Notes: a model not told the origin generated them from the letters alone. Positions 1-8,932 are shown, counted from the first letter of the stretch. The stretch: 56,984 nt of DNA from a virus (IMGVR_UViG_3300021057_000013:1-56984), one strand, 5' to 3'. Translations and numbers: made by a program.

Positions 1-273
1 TGTCAGAATTGCCCCTTCGGCAACGGTGAGTTCAAAGGGAAGGTGCCCGCTAGTTTTGCGGACGATCTGTATATCCGCGAGATAGAGGACGGCGCCACCA
101 ATGCAGGCCAGCCGATGGCCATGAACCACCCTGATAAAGGGTGGGCTGAATACGGCAAATGGGGCTTTACCTGGACAGATGTGTTCCATTGCCCGGATCG
201 CTACGCTGCCAAATTTGGGCGAGATAGACATTCAAGATTCGTGATTCTGAGGAGGAAATCCCATGCAGAGTAA
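1..273 (+). CDS. Hypothetical protein, 5' truncated by the window
   Basis: Frame open from base 1 (CQNCPFGNG...); stop overlaps the next gene. Confidence 0.6.
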   Translation, partial: CQNCPFGNGEFKGKVPASFADDLYIREIEDGATNAGQPMAMNHPDKGWAEYGKWGFTWTDVFHCPDRYAAKFGRDRHSRFVILRRKSHAE

Positions 274-559
274 CACCCCCGCCGCAGGGCCTGCGCCAGC
301 CTGCCCGGAAGCCTTTCAGCCCCTTCTGGCCGCCGCAGAGGACGCCCTGGCCCGCGTCAAAGCCAAAGGCGATCAGATCGGCCTGTTCGTCAAGGTCACG
401 GTCGAAGGCGGCGGAACCTACCTGCAACCTTTCGATCAAATCAGCACCGTCATTGACGGCGAGTTTTGCGACGCCGAGCCCGGAACAAAAGTCACCCTTG
501 AGATCGTAGAAAGGACGAAGCGCGAGTATGACCGACTCCCTGAATTTGACGGGCACTGA
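263..559 (+). CDS. Hypothetical early protein with N-terminal ACPEA motif
   Basis: SD GAGGAGG before ATG; chained with neighbours. Confidence 0.7.
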   Translation: MQSNTPAAGPAPACPEAFQPLLAAAEDALARVKAKGDQIGLFVKVTVEGGGTYLQPFDQISTVIDGEFCDAEPGTKVTLEIVERTKREYDRLPEFDGH

Positions 560-1136
560 GCTGGCCTGCCCGGAAGCGCTGGATTCAGCCTTTCAGGCCA
601 TTTGCCGAGAGTACCGCGCCGCCAAAGAGAAGGCGCTGGGACAACTGGACGAACTGTTGGCCCTCTGCCGCAAATACCCCGACGGCGCAACGGTCTATGT
701 CATTGATGGGCATCAGAAAACGCTGGAATGCACGGTGTTGAGCGCCGATTTCTACGAGCCTGCCGGGCGGGAATGGTTCCTGAACCACGGCACTGAAGCC
801 AAGATCACCTATTTTCTCGAACGACACCCTAACAGGGGCCGGCAGACCTATTTTGAGCATCAGGTGTTCCTAACTCCTGAGCAGGCTTTGAGCCGTGTGC
901 CAGTTGTGGGAAACGTGAAAAAGATACCGGACGGCTATCACTACCAGATTACTTGGAAAGACGGCCGCTTGCTGGAGCAGCGCAGGGAGAAAAACAAGTA
1001 TACCCATGCTGTTGTTGTCGAAGAGACCAAAGAGGCCCAGTTCTGCAAAAACGGATGGTCAGCACAAAAGAAACAGGCAGCGGCCCAAAAGAAGGGGCGA
1101 GCCGCTTTTATCGTTGAACTATTGGGGGATGTTTAG
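528..1136 (+). CDS. Hypothetical early protein with ACPEA motif
   Basis: 202-aa ORF in the coupled gene chain. Confidence 0.7.
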   Translation: MTDSLNLTGTELACPEALDSAFQAICREYRAAKEKALGQLDELLALCRKYPDGATVYVIDGHQKTLECTVLSADFYEPAGREWFLNHGTEAKITYFLERHPNRGRQTYFEHQVFLTPEQALSRVPVVGNVKKIPDGYHYQITWKDGRLLEQRREKNKYTHAVVVEETKEAQFCKNGWSAQKKQAAAQKKGRAAFIVELLGDV

Positions 1137-1139
1137 GTT

Positions 1140-1445
1140 ATGGACGAACAAGAACAGCCGGCCTGCCCGGAAGCGCATACCGCCCTCAAATGCTTCCGCG
1201 TCGAGTTCACGGGCTTCGAAGATCACGGGGAGACCTTCACCCACGTTGCCGCCAAGAATCGGGATTCCGCCCGGTTCGTCGTCGCGGAATCCATGGCCAA
1301 GAACTACTACCACGACACGTGGAAGATGGGGCACTGCCTGAGCCTCATCAAGTCCGTGCGCCGAGCGCCTGACCTTGACCGCTTGATTGATCAGCGGCGT
1401 CAGTGCCCGCGCTCTATCCACCCGAAAGCAGGAGACAAGCAATGA
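1140..1445 (+). CDS. Hypothetical early protein with ACPEA motif
   Basis: 101-aa ORF; stop overlaps ATG at 1442 (ATGA). Confidence 0.7.
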   Translation: MDEQEQPACPEAHTALKCFRVEFTGFEDHGETFTHVAAKNRDSARFVVAESMAKNYYHDTWKMGHCLSLIKSVRRAPDLDRLIDQRRQCPRSIHPKAGDKQ

Positions 1446-1531
1446 GCGACACAGCAAGTAACGGGGCGGAATGCCCGGAAGCGTATGCGTGGGTCACCAA
1501 CCATTCCCTGAAGGAAACGGCTTGTAAGTGA
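1442..1531 (+). pseudogene. Interrupted gene start MSDTASNGAECPEAYAW, broken after codon 17 by an IS-derived insertion
   Basis: SD AGGAG; homologous to the N-terminus MSDTEAKSPPCPKEFAW at 1846; reads into the element and stops at 1531. Confidence 0.7.
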
Positions 1532-1735
1532 AGACCGAAGTCTCCCTTACGATAGGCCGGGTGAACGCTGCTGGCGAAGCAGTCCCTTACGGGAAGCGGC
1601 CCACTACCGACGGAGTACAGTACGCCTGTTCACCTGCACAGGCCATTGCTGGCCTCATGCCCCCGGTAGCAAGGTGGACGCTCAAAGCGTCGGGTTGCAG
1701 CCACCTGACGAGCAGGCAAAACCGTTTAACCGCGT
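1473..1735 (+). ncRNA. Orphan omegaRNA / HEARO-like RNA (about 20-nt flank-derived guide plus scaffold; ends approximate)
   Basis: HEARO-like succession gtcacc..ctgaag..ggcttg..ggccgggtgaac..ctaccg..gcctgttc...cggtag...gagcaggc, with visible long-range pairings CTACCG/CGGTAG and GCCTGTTC/GAGCAGGC. Confidence 0.65.
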
Positions 1736-1845
1736 GGGTGCCTTACTTTAAGACTGCACTTCGATTTTATCACGAACTACGAAAGGAGAAGCGGGAGATG
1801 CGCTATCCCTCTGCCGGCTTAAGCCGGCAGTCTCCCGCACAAACT
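1493..1845 (+). mobile_element. Non-autonomous IS200/IS605 (IscB-type) mini-element, 353 bp, without iscB or tnpA
   Basis: Left end GTCACCAACC-ATTCCCTGAAGGAAACGGCTTG; right end GCGCTATCCCT-CTGCCGGCTTAAGCCGGCAG-TCTCCCGC followed by ATGA; no target duplication, as expected for this family. Confidence 0.75.
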
Positions 1846-2649
1846 ATGAGCGACACAGAAGCCAAAAGTCCGCCCTGTCCGAAAGAATTTGCCTGGATGA
1901 AGCCGGGCGAAGAGGCTGTATTGTGGAAGAAAGACCGGGTTTTTATTGGCTCGCAGCCGTTTGATAATGGCGGGTACTGGATGGTGTTGATCAAGGGTGA
2001 CAACCGCCCGGTGACACTGACCATCCCTGTTTACTGCAGCGATTTGTCTAATCCTGCCGCAGAGGATGAAAATCAGTCTGCCTCACCCTCCGAAGCCGAC
2101 ACCCTCCGCGCCGAGCTTGCAGCAGAGCGGCAGCGGGTGGCTGAGTTGACGGCCGAGGTCGAGCGGCTGACCAAAGAGCGCGACGACTGGGAATCCGATT
2201 GCCGCGAGGTGCGGGAAATGCTCTGGTGTGTCGAGCGCATCTACGACAACCACGATACTCCCGACGATTACGCCGACCGGGACATGTACACCCGCCGCGT
2301 CCTGAACCGATTCCGGGTCCATCAGAAGCAGCGGGGATGGGTGTCTGGCGACGGGTATCAGACCCTGCCGGCCAAGCCCCCTGAAGCGGGCGAAGAGGAG
2401 CTGCTGCAACTGCTGTTTGAAGCCCGCGCCATTATCCAGTCGCTCTTTCATCAGCGCAGGGCGGTTCGGGCCCGCCTCGCCAGCCTCGCCCCGTTGATTG
2501 CCTATCTTGAGCCAAGGATAGGAGTTTCCATTTCTTGCGAATGGACAGCCACGAAACTGCCCGCCCTGCTCGCCGGCCTCGCGGAGCTTCGCGGGCTGGT
2601 GGGGGAGCAGACGAACGACGCACAGGAGGAATCGAAAGATGCAAGCTAA
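1846..2649 (+). CDS. Mosaic coiled-coil early protein (Ead/Ea22-like architecture)
   Basis: Start MSDTEAK right after the element; alternative in-frame start at 1798 with SD AAGGAG; shares modules with 3345..4238. Confidence 0.7.
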   Translation: MSDTEAKSPPCPKEFAWMKPGEEAVLWKKDRVFIGSQPFDNGGYWMVLIKGDNRPVTLTIPVYCSDLSNPAAEDENQSASPSEADTLRAELAAERQRVAELTAEVERLTKERDDWESDCREVREMLWCVERIYDNHDTPDDYADRDMYTRRVLNRFRVHQKQRGWVSGDGYQTLPAKPPEAGEEELLQLLFEARAIIQSLFHQRRAVRARLASLAPLIAYLEPRIGVSISCEWTATKLPALLAGLAELRGLVGEQTNDAQEESKDAS

Positions 2650-2896
2650 CGAAAGCCCGATCCATCGCCTGCTTGAAGTCTACGCCGAAGAAACCCGCCT
2701 CATGCGCGACGAGAACTCAGCTATGCGAAACCTGGAACGGGTCTATTTGGATGAGATTGCGCCCCATCCTGACCTAGTCCTCACCCTCTGGCAGCAGTTG
2801 AAGCAGCACCCTTACGGCCGGCAGCAGTTGGCCTATCATCTCGTGATGATCATCCTCTGGGATGTCATCCACACACAGGAGAAGCAGAATGCCTGA
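2639..2896 (+). CDS. Hypothetical protein
   Basis: SD AGGAGG; overlaps both neighbours. Confidence 0.65.
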   Translation: MQANESPIHRLLEVYAEETRLMRDENSAMRNLERVYLDEIAPHPDLVLTLWQQLKQHPYGRQQLAYHLVMIILWDVIHTQEKQNA

Positions 2897-3134
2897 CCAC
2901 CCCACCCCCAGCGGCAGCCTCCGCCAGACATCGGAAAATCTCGTTTTCAAATTCTGGCACCTCTCGCCCATGAAGCGCTTCAACATCCTGTCTTCACTGG
3001 ATCTTGTGAGCGACAAAACAAGGAAACTGCCCGAGACACAGATGGTCATGGCCGCTTTTCAAAAGGCCAAAGAACTCGGGTGCATCGATGAACTCAAAGC
3101 AAAAATCCGCGAGGCTGTGAACGAAAATGACTGA
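2889..3134 (+). CDS. Hypothetical protein
   Basis: SD AGGAG before ATG at 2889; coupled. Confidence 0.6.
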   Translation: MPDHPTPSGSLRQTSENLVFKFWHLSPMKRFNILSSLDLVSDKTRKLPETQMVMAAFQKAKELGCIDELKAKIREAVNEND

Positions 3135-3345
3135 CCTAACCCCCGCCGAGACAAAGGCCATCGCCGCCCTGCAGAGGCTCGCCAAGACCTGGCCCAAAAG
3201 CCTGTGGCTGTTCGCCAATGGCAGTACGGGCTTGAGTGTACTCAAGAAAAAGAACGGACAGCGAGTTACCACTGACACAGGCGGTATGGATCAAGAGTAT
3301 GTGGTGGCGACGGTCAAGATTGAAAACGACGGAGGCGATTGGTAA
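3127..3345 (+). CDS. Hypothetical phage protein ending DGGDW
   Basis: Coupled 72-aa ORF; TAATG overlap with the next gene. Confidence 0.7.
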   Translation: MTDLTPAETKAIAALQRLAKTWPKSLWLFANGSTGLSVLKKKNGQRVTTDTGGMDQEYVVATVKIENDGGDW

Positions 3346-4238
3346 TGCCGAACAAAGAATGTCCCCAGTGCGGAAGCGTGTTTTATGGGAAGCCTCACAC
3401 CCACAATGTTCAGGGAAAGCAGACGGTGTTTGACCCGCCGGCTGCTATTGATGCAGAGCGACTGAAGAAAGAAATCGTCTGCCTGCCCTTTGCGCTTGAT
3501 GCGGGCTTAAATGCTGAGGAGGCCCTGCCCAACATGATCGCCGCAGCGCGTCTCTACCTCGAAGCGGCAGCGCCTCCCGATTTGCAGCAGGTTCAGGCTC
3601 GGCTGCTCGAAGTGGAATCGGCTTGCAGCCGGGCCAAACGACTCGTGCGCAAAGCTTACGAACAGGTCGCCGATGTGTCTGAGGAATTGGCGAACGGCGA
3701 TCTGCTCAGCGCCCTGCAGGAATTGGAAGAGGCAAAGCTGGGCGGGCAGGTCTACATGGACCTCGTAGCCATGCTCAAGAACGGGGCTGCCCTGCAGCAG
3801 GCCCAGCAGGAGCGGGATGCGGCGCGGGCAGAGGTGGAGCGGCTGAAGGGAGAGGCCGAGAAGCATAGACTTGGCGCTATTCATGGATACATGTGCTGGG
3901 AGGGTGCGGAAGATAATCTGGCCAAGGTCAGGGATCGCCTCGCTGCCCTCGCCCCGCTGGCGGCAGAGTTGAGCTTTTGGAAAGAGCCAATGAACGAACT
4001 GACCCGGAACGAACGGGATGAATATCGCAAGAAGTTTGAGGACGCTTGCGGTTCCAGCGGTGAACTCGAGCGGGTTTTGCACGCCCACGGCTTCAATCTG
4101 TTGACCCTTGCCGGCGCATTCAATGTCCTCAAGCAGTCCGAAGCAGTGACAGACCTCCTCGCCGGCCTCAAGGAGCTGCAGGCGCTGGTGGGGGAGACGA
4201 AAGACGCGCAGGAGGAAGCAAAGGATGAAGCGGGTTAA
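3345..4238 (+). CDS. Mosaic coiled-coil early protein with N-terminal CxxC
   Basis: SD GGAGG; modules shared with 1846..2649. Confidence 0.7.
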   Translation: MPNKECPQCGSVFYGKPHTHNVQGKQTVFDPPAAIDAERLKKEIVCLPFALDAGLNAEEALPNMIAAARLYLEAAAPPDLQQVQARLLEVESACSRAKRLVRKAYEQVADVSEELANGDLLSALQELEEAKLGGQVYMDLVAMLKNGAALQQAQQERDAARAEVERLKGEAEKHRLGAIHGYMCWEGAEDNLAKVRDRLAALAPLAAELSFWKEPMNELTRNERDEYRKKFEDACGSSGELERVLHAHGFNLLTLAGAFNVLKQSEAVTDLLAGLKELQALVGETKDAQEEAKDEAG

Positions 4239-4452
4239 GTTCACCGAATCTGTCTACAGCCGTTGCGGAGAGGATATGTCTGAGTATGTGCATGGTATCA
4301 GCCCGTTGACGAATGCCCATGAATCCCTGTGCGGCTTCGGTACGCAGCACTGCGAAAACGAGCGGTCACGCGGCAAGATCAATTGCCCCGACTGCATCGC
4401 CATCGTGGATGCCTGCAAAGCGGTGGAGGAAAAGGAGATGAAGCGGGAGTAA
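4225..4452 (+). CDS. Small Cys/His-rich protein
   Basis: SD AGGAGG; SLCG and CPDC motifs. Confidence 0.65.
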   Translation: MKRVKFTESVYSRCGEDMSEYVHGISPLTNAHESLCGFGTQHCENERSRGKINCPDCIAIVDACKAVEEKEMKRE

Positions 4453-4518
4453 TTTTTTCCGGTTGATCCCGCGCCCAACGATTAACCCTATAGCACCACA
4501 GAAACGAGGATTTGAACT

Positions 4519-5205
4519 ATGTTTGACCCCAATGCTTCCCGCAAGGATGTGATGTACGGTTTTGCCACCGAGGATGGCCTGAGTGAGGAGTTGTTGAAAA
4601 AGTACCAATACGCCTACCCTGAGTTTGCGGATGATCTGTTGACCCTTTATCACGAGCTTTTGCGGCCCGAGCCGGACATGCCTGAGGATTGGGAGCCGAG
4701 CGCAGAAGATACGGCCATGATTGAGGCGGCCTGGAAACGTCACGCAGCCGCCATGCAGCCCGATCCCGAACTGCCGGTGGAATATCGGTGGATGCGCGTT
4801 CGAGCCTATGCCTACGACCGGGGCAATCCCCATTACATGCTCACCAGCCGCCCGGTGAAATCCGAAGACGGGCAATGGATGGTTGAGGCCATTCCCTTCC
4901 CTGTCGAAAAGAATGAGCGCGGCTGGTATTTCTGCTCTGATTTGACGCCGGGCGAACCGGCTCTATCGCCTGCATACCGCCTCGCCACCCTCGAAGCCGA
5001 GCGCGAGCAGATCCGCCGCCTGCTGGCTGAGGCGCGGCCGGTACTGGCCAAAGCCAAGGAGCTCCCGAGCCCTGACGACATGAAACGGTTTTGGTATGAG
5101 GGCTCGCATGAGGGGCCTTGGGTTGAGTACGCGGATGAGTATATCGATCTGCTGCCCGCCCTGCTGGCCCTGATCGAGCAGATCGAGGGGCTGAGCCGTG
5201 AGTAA
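4519..5205 (+). CDS. Hypothetical protein
   Basis: SD GAGGA; 228-aa ORF. Confidence 0.7.
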   Translation: MFDPNASRKDVMYGFATEDGLSEELLKKYQYAYPEFADDLLTLYHELLRPEPDMPEDWEPSAEDTAMIEAAWKRHAAAMQPDPELPVEYRWMRVRAYAYDRGNPHYMLTSRPVKSEDGQWMVEAIPFPVEKNERGWYFCSDLTPGEPALSPAYRLATLEAEREQIRRLLAEARPVLAKAKELPSPDDMKRFWYEGSHEGPWVEYADEYIDLLPALLALIEQIEGLSRE

Positions 5206-5545
5206 CGCCCTACATTGCCCCGAATGCGGCTGCCTGTCGTGGTACGACCTGAAAACAGATGCCGAACCACCCCATGAAGCAACGACCTTTCAGTGCCGCG
5301 ATTGCAAGCGATGGTCTCCCAAGGCCGACTGGGAAAAATCTGACCCTCTCACCGCCGCCCAGGCCCGGATCGCGGAGCTGGAGGGGCGGATTGAGCGGGC
5401 AAGTGAAAAGCTTCAAGCAATCGCGCCAGAGCTTGAAGAGTTGGAAGAGGAACAGCCCGGCAGACCTAGAACACGGGTGCTGAATGCCGCTGTTCGCCAG
5501 GCCCTAACCATTCTGCAGGAGGACCCTGATGCCCCCAAAAGCTAA
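5198..5545 (+). CDS. Zn-ribbon plus coiled-coil protein
   Basis: CPEC and CRDC pairs; GTG start overlapping the upstream gene. Confidence 0.65.
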   Translation: MSNALHCPECGCLSWYDLKTDAEPPHEATTFQCRDCKRWSPKADWEKSDPLTAAQARIAELEGRIERASEKLQAIAPELEELEEEQPGRPRTRVLNAAVRQALTILQEDPDAPKS

Positions 5546-6008
5546 ACCCCGCGCCTGCTCCCGCTGCGGCAATCAGCGCCCGATCTACGACCACAGCGCC
5601 CATCACTGCGAATACTGCTTCCAGCTCCTGACCAACAGGGATCAGAACCGGCTGGAGGAGCTGGAGGCCGAGATCAAGCGGCTGCAGCAAGAGAACTTCG
5701 ACAAGTCCGCGCAGATCATCAAACTGGTGGACGAGCGGATTGCGCAGCGGGCCGAAAACGCCACCCTGAAGCGCAAGTTCGATCACCTCACGAAATGCGC
5801 CGCCGAGCACTGCGACCGCTGGAGCCGCGCCGAGGGGCGGGAGCGGCGAGCCATCCAGGCGCTGGAAGAGATTGATCAGTATTACGACTGGATCATGGAT
5901 TCGGCCTGGGCGGGCACAAAAGAGCGAGCCATTGCAAGGGGCATCCGCCAGGCCCTGGCCGCCCTCGACGCAGGCGCAACAAACGAAACGGAGCAGACGC
6001 CATGCTGA
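5529..6008 (+). CDS. Zn-ribbon plus coiled-coil protein
   Basis: SD AGGAGG; CSRC and CEYC pairs. Confidence 0.7.
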   Translation: MPPKAKPRACSRCGNQRPIYDHSAHHCEYCFQLLTNRDQNRLEELEAEIKRLQQENFDKSAQIIKLVDERIAQRAENATLKRKFDHLTKCAAEHCDRWSRAEGRERRAIQALEEIDQYYDWIMDSAWAGTKERAIARGIRQALAALDAGATNETEQTPC

Positions 6009-6379
6009 AAGCCTACATGGTTTATTGCCGGGACCCCGAAGATGCCGCCATGCTGATTTTCGCCAAGACGGCCAAGCAGGCCCGCAATTACGGCTTCAAG
6101 CACTGGTATTGGACGGATCCCGACGTGTTCGCCGGAATGAGAGCGAGGCGAGCCCCTGGCGCTGACCGCCTCGCCAAAGAGGTTGACGAGCCATACAAAG
6201 ACCGCAGGGACGCGAGCCGCCGAGCAGCAGGCTTTTTCGAGGACTCGCAAGTGCCCTGCAAAGAGTGTGAGCTTCACGAGTTCGAGGACATGCCGGAATC
6301 AGTGATTTGCCGATGGTGTCACTGCTGCGCGGGGTGCGGCTGCGCTGAAGACTGTGAGAAGCGGGCGGGTGTGGCATGA
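6002..6379 (+). CDS. Cys-rich hypothetical phage protein
   Basis: Coupled ORF with C-terminal Cys cluster. Confidence 0.65.
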   Translation: MLKAYMVYCRDPEDAAMLIFAKTAKQARNYGFKHWYWTDPDVFAGMRARRAPGADRLAKEVDEPYKDRRDASRRAAGFFEDSQVPCKECELHEFEDMPESVICRWCHCCAGCGCAEDCEKRAGVA

Positions 6380-6813
6380 CCCGCCACGACCACCGCCTCT
6401 GCATCGCCACCGCCCGCGAGAGCCTGGCCCATCTCTCAGGCATCTGCAGCCCGCACAGCCCGCAAGGCTGCTGCTGGGCGCCGCCAGGCCACAACAAGCG
6501 CGGGCTCAGGCTGGAAAAGTATCACCCCGAGATGGCCGAGGATCACACGCTGGAGGGCTATGCCGTTCGCCTGCGTGCCCTGGCCGATCTGCCGCTGCGT
6601 CCCGGCTGGAGCGACTGCCCGGCAGGGCATCCTGAGCCGGGCGAGTTCAGCGTGCGGGAACTGGCGCAGGAAGGCAGCCGGAAGCGAGGCGAGCGGCAGG
6701 TGTTTGCCAGATGCCGGGTGTGCCGGGGGCTTTGGAGGATAGAAGACAAAACAGAAAGTGAGGTATTGATCATTGCCCTGCGACTACAGCAAATACCCAT
6801 CGAACTGGCGTGA
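6376..6813 (+). CDS. Hypothetical Cys-containing protein
   Basis: ATGA overlap with the upstream stop. Confidence 0.55.
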   Translation: MTRHDHRLCIATARESLAHLSGICSPHSPQGCCWAPPGHNKRGLRLEKYHPEMAEDHTLEGYAVRLRALADLPLRPGWSDCPAGHPEPGEFSVRELAQEGSRKRGERQVFARCRVCRGLWRIEDKTESEVLIIALRLQQIPIELA

Positions 6814-7210
6814 AATCCGCGCCCAGATTCTAGAGCGGGCCGACAACCGCTGCGAGTTTGAGGGCTGCGGCCTGCCAAACCACTGCTACATCCTGCGCCG
6901 AGAAGACGGGCAACACTGGCCGCCGAATGGCTGGCCGCCAGACATAGTCTCAGACGCCCATGCCGAAGAGTGGATTCCCGACGACTTCGAGCACATCGAA
7001 AAGCTCACCCGCGTGGTGCTGACTATCATGCACCTGGACCACGACACCACCAACAACGACCCGAGCAATTTAAAAAGTGCGTGCCAGTACCACCACCTGC
7101 ATCATGATCGCTTCTTGCACGGCAAGAACGCTGCCGCCACCCGCGCCCGGAAGAAGCGCGAGCAGATCGAAGCACAGGGGCAGATGGCCCTCAATCTGGA
7201 AGGAGTTTAG
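6773..7210 (+). CDS. HNH-like phage protein
   Basis: YPSNWREIRAQILERADNRCE...VLTIMHLDHDTTNNDPSNLKSACQYHH signature; TTG start. Confidence 0.8.
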   Translation: MPCDYSKYPSNWREIRAQILERADNRCEFEGCGLPNHCYILRREDGQHWPPNGWPPDIVSDAHAEEWIPDDFEHIEKLTRVVLTIMHLDHDTTNNDPSNLKSACQYHHLHHDRFLHGKNAAATRARKKREQIEAQGQMALNLEGV

Positions 7211-7213
7211 ACG

Positions 7214-7684
7214 ATGGCTGATGAACTAAAGCCGGGTTCTTTCAGAGTTTGGGACACCCTCGGCCACTGCTACGAAGCCGATGTCCACGGCATTTGCTTT
7301 CTTGACGAATCCGGCGCCCTCTGGAGCATGTCGCCTGGCTGCGAGCGCATGGCCTCGTGGGATGGCATTGACTGCTGCAACATGACCCGGATGGACATGA
7401 CGCGGTATCAGGTTGAGCGCTGGACGGGGCTGCGGGATCGGGACGGCAGGCCGGTGTATGAGGGCGACATTGTCTTCATCCCGGAACTGCAGGCCGAGGG
7501 CTACGAAAGCCAGGCCGTCGTGCGCTTTGTAAACGACTGGTGGTGCGGCATCTTCGTGGACGATCTGACGGACGACAACAATTTTGCCAATCTGTCTCAT
7601 GGCAATTTCGTTATCATCGGCACCATCCACTCTGACCCCGCCACCCTGGCCCAGGCGGCTGAGCGGGCGAGGGAGGGGAGATGA
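7214..7684 (+). CDS. YopX family protein
   Basis: FRVWD...WTGLRDRDGRPVYEGDIV...IIGTIH motifs. Confidence 0.85.
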   Translation: MADELKPGSFRVWDTLGHCYEADVHGICFLDESGALWSMSPGCERMASWDGIDCCNMTRMDMTRYQVERWTGLRDRDGRPVYEGDIVFIPELQAEGYESQAVVRFVNDWWCGIFVDDLTDDNNFANLSHGNFVIIGTIHSDPATLAQAAERAREGR

Positions 7685-8055
7685 GCAACATTGGAGACCT
7701 GATGCGCAATGTTCGCTTGGCAGACCCGGATTGCGGCACCAGTGCGCTCGCCAGAAGTCTGGGCATTACCAAGGCCTATTTGCTGCTCATCGAACAGGGC
7801 CGCCGCATTCCGTCAGACGATCTGATCATCCGGTGGGCGCAGGCTGTCGGCAAGCCCTGGCTGGCCCAGCAGTTGCTGCTCTGGGCCATTGATGCGCGCG
7901 GTTGCCTCACTCTGAGATTCCGCCAGGACGATCTGTACGAGCGCCGCCAACTTGGCTTGCTACTGGCTGAGCAGTGGGACCGGCTGACGGACGAGCAGTG
8001 CCAGGGCATCATCGACATCATCACGAGAGCAAAAAGCAAGGAGTCCAAACCGTGA
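7681..8055 (+). CDS. XRE-family HTH regulator
   Basis: LARSLGITKAYLLLIEQGRRIPS. Confidence 0.8.
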   Translation: MSNIGDLMRNVRLADPDCGTSALARSLGITKAYLLLIEQGRRIPSDDLIIRWAQAVGKPWLAQQLLLWAIDARGCLTLRFRQDDLYERRQLGLLLAEQWDRLTDEQCQGIIDIITRAKSKESKP

Positions 8056-8408
8056 GCACAACTGAATCCGCTAAAGAAGCCCGCGAATTTCTCGAGGAGT
8101 ACCCGACGCTGGAAAGCCTGAGCCAGCTTCGGCCCAAGTTTCACCCCTGGACCGAGAACCCCGACGATCCAATTCCCCTCGCTTCCTGGCTCTACCTGCG
8201 CGAGCAGCTGCTGGCCGGCCAGGGAGCGGCCGAGCTGATGGGCCTGAAGGTCGACGGCGTGAAAAACCCGTTGCTGCTGTTCTGCCTGCCGCTGGAGCTG
8301 ACGCCGAGCCAACTGGAAACCTTTCAGATGTGGCGCGGCAAGCTGATCCCCTGGTTCCAAGAGTATTTTGATCAGGTCACGCTGCTGCCAGAGCAGGCGG
8401 CCGACTGA
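8052..8408 (+). CDS. Hypothetical protein
   Basis: SD AAGGAG; GTGA overlap. Confidence 0.6.
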   Translation: MSTTESAKEAREFLEEYPTLESLSQLRPKFHPWTENPDDPIPLASWLYLREQLLAGQGAAELMGLKVDGVKNPLLLFCLPLELTPSQLETFQMWRGKLIPWFQEYFDQVTLLPEQAAD

Positions 8409-8797
8409 TGCTGGCCGCGCTGCATGGATCGCTCGAAGTCTGGGCGCAGCTGCTCGAAGCCCTGCATGGGGTCGCCGGCTACGGCTCCGATGTGGCCGAG
8501 ATCTACGCCTACCACCTGATGCCCTATAGCCCGATGGCACACGGGGGCTTTGCCGGCTCGCCTGCCCTGCTGCGCGATCTGGAGCTCCTGGCCGCGCGCG
8601 ACTTCCTCGCCCTGGCCCAGCACTTCGAGGCTCGCTACGAGGTCGCCGTGCTGGTCGAGATCGGCCGGGACGAATGGCGGCGGATCGGGGCCTGGTTCGC
8701 GCAGGAGCCCTTCGGACACCGGGCGCACATCAAGATCGACCGGCTCGATTTCGGCCTTCCGGTCTTCGAGCCTGTGCATGTCGAAGTCGTCTCGTGA
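8408..8797 (+). CDS. Hypothetical protein
   Basis: TGATG overlap; genome-typical codon usage. Confidence 0.6.
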   Translation: MLAALHGSLEVWAQLLEALHGVAGYGSDVAEIYAYHLMPYSPMAHGGFAGSPALLRDLELLAARDFLALAQHFEARYEVAVLVEIGRDEWRRIGAWFAQEPFGHRAHIKIDRLDFGLPVFEPVHVEVVS

Positions 8798-8932
8798 TTC
8801 CTCCTCCCTCCCTCTCCGAATGGGCCGCGATGCTCTCGCTGTTCTGCGAGCCGGGCGCAGATCCCCGGGCCGTGCATGCCAGCGAGGACGCGGGGATCGG
8901 CAGGCCGGGGCGAGGGGAGAGCGAACGGGGCG

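Larger units (their letters stand above)
299..1482 (+). repeat. Dispersed repeat GCCTGCCCGGAAGC (ACPEA) at 299, 564, 1161, and TGCCCGGAAGC at 1472
   Basis: Exact copies read from the sequence, each near the start of consecutive genes. Confidence 0.85.

Noticed and set aside
1528-1845. N-terminal 106 aa of the 373-aa ORF as a real protein domain or IscB remnant
   Set aside because: It is a translation of the RNA scaffold and IS end; no PLMP, RuvC or HNH motifs
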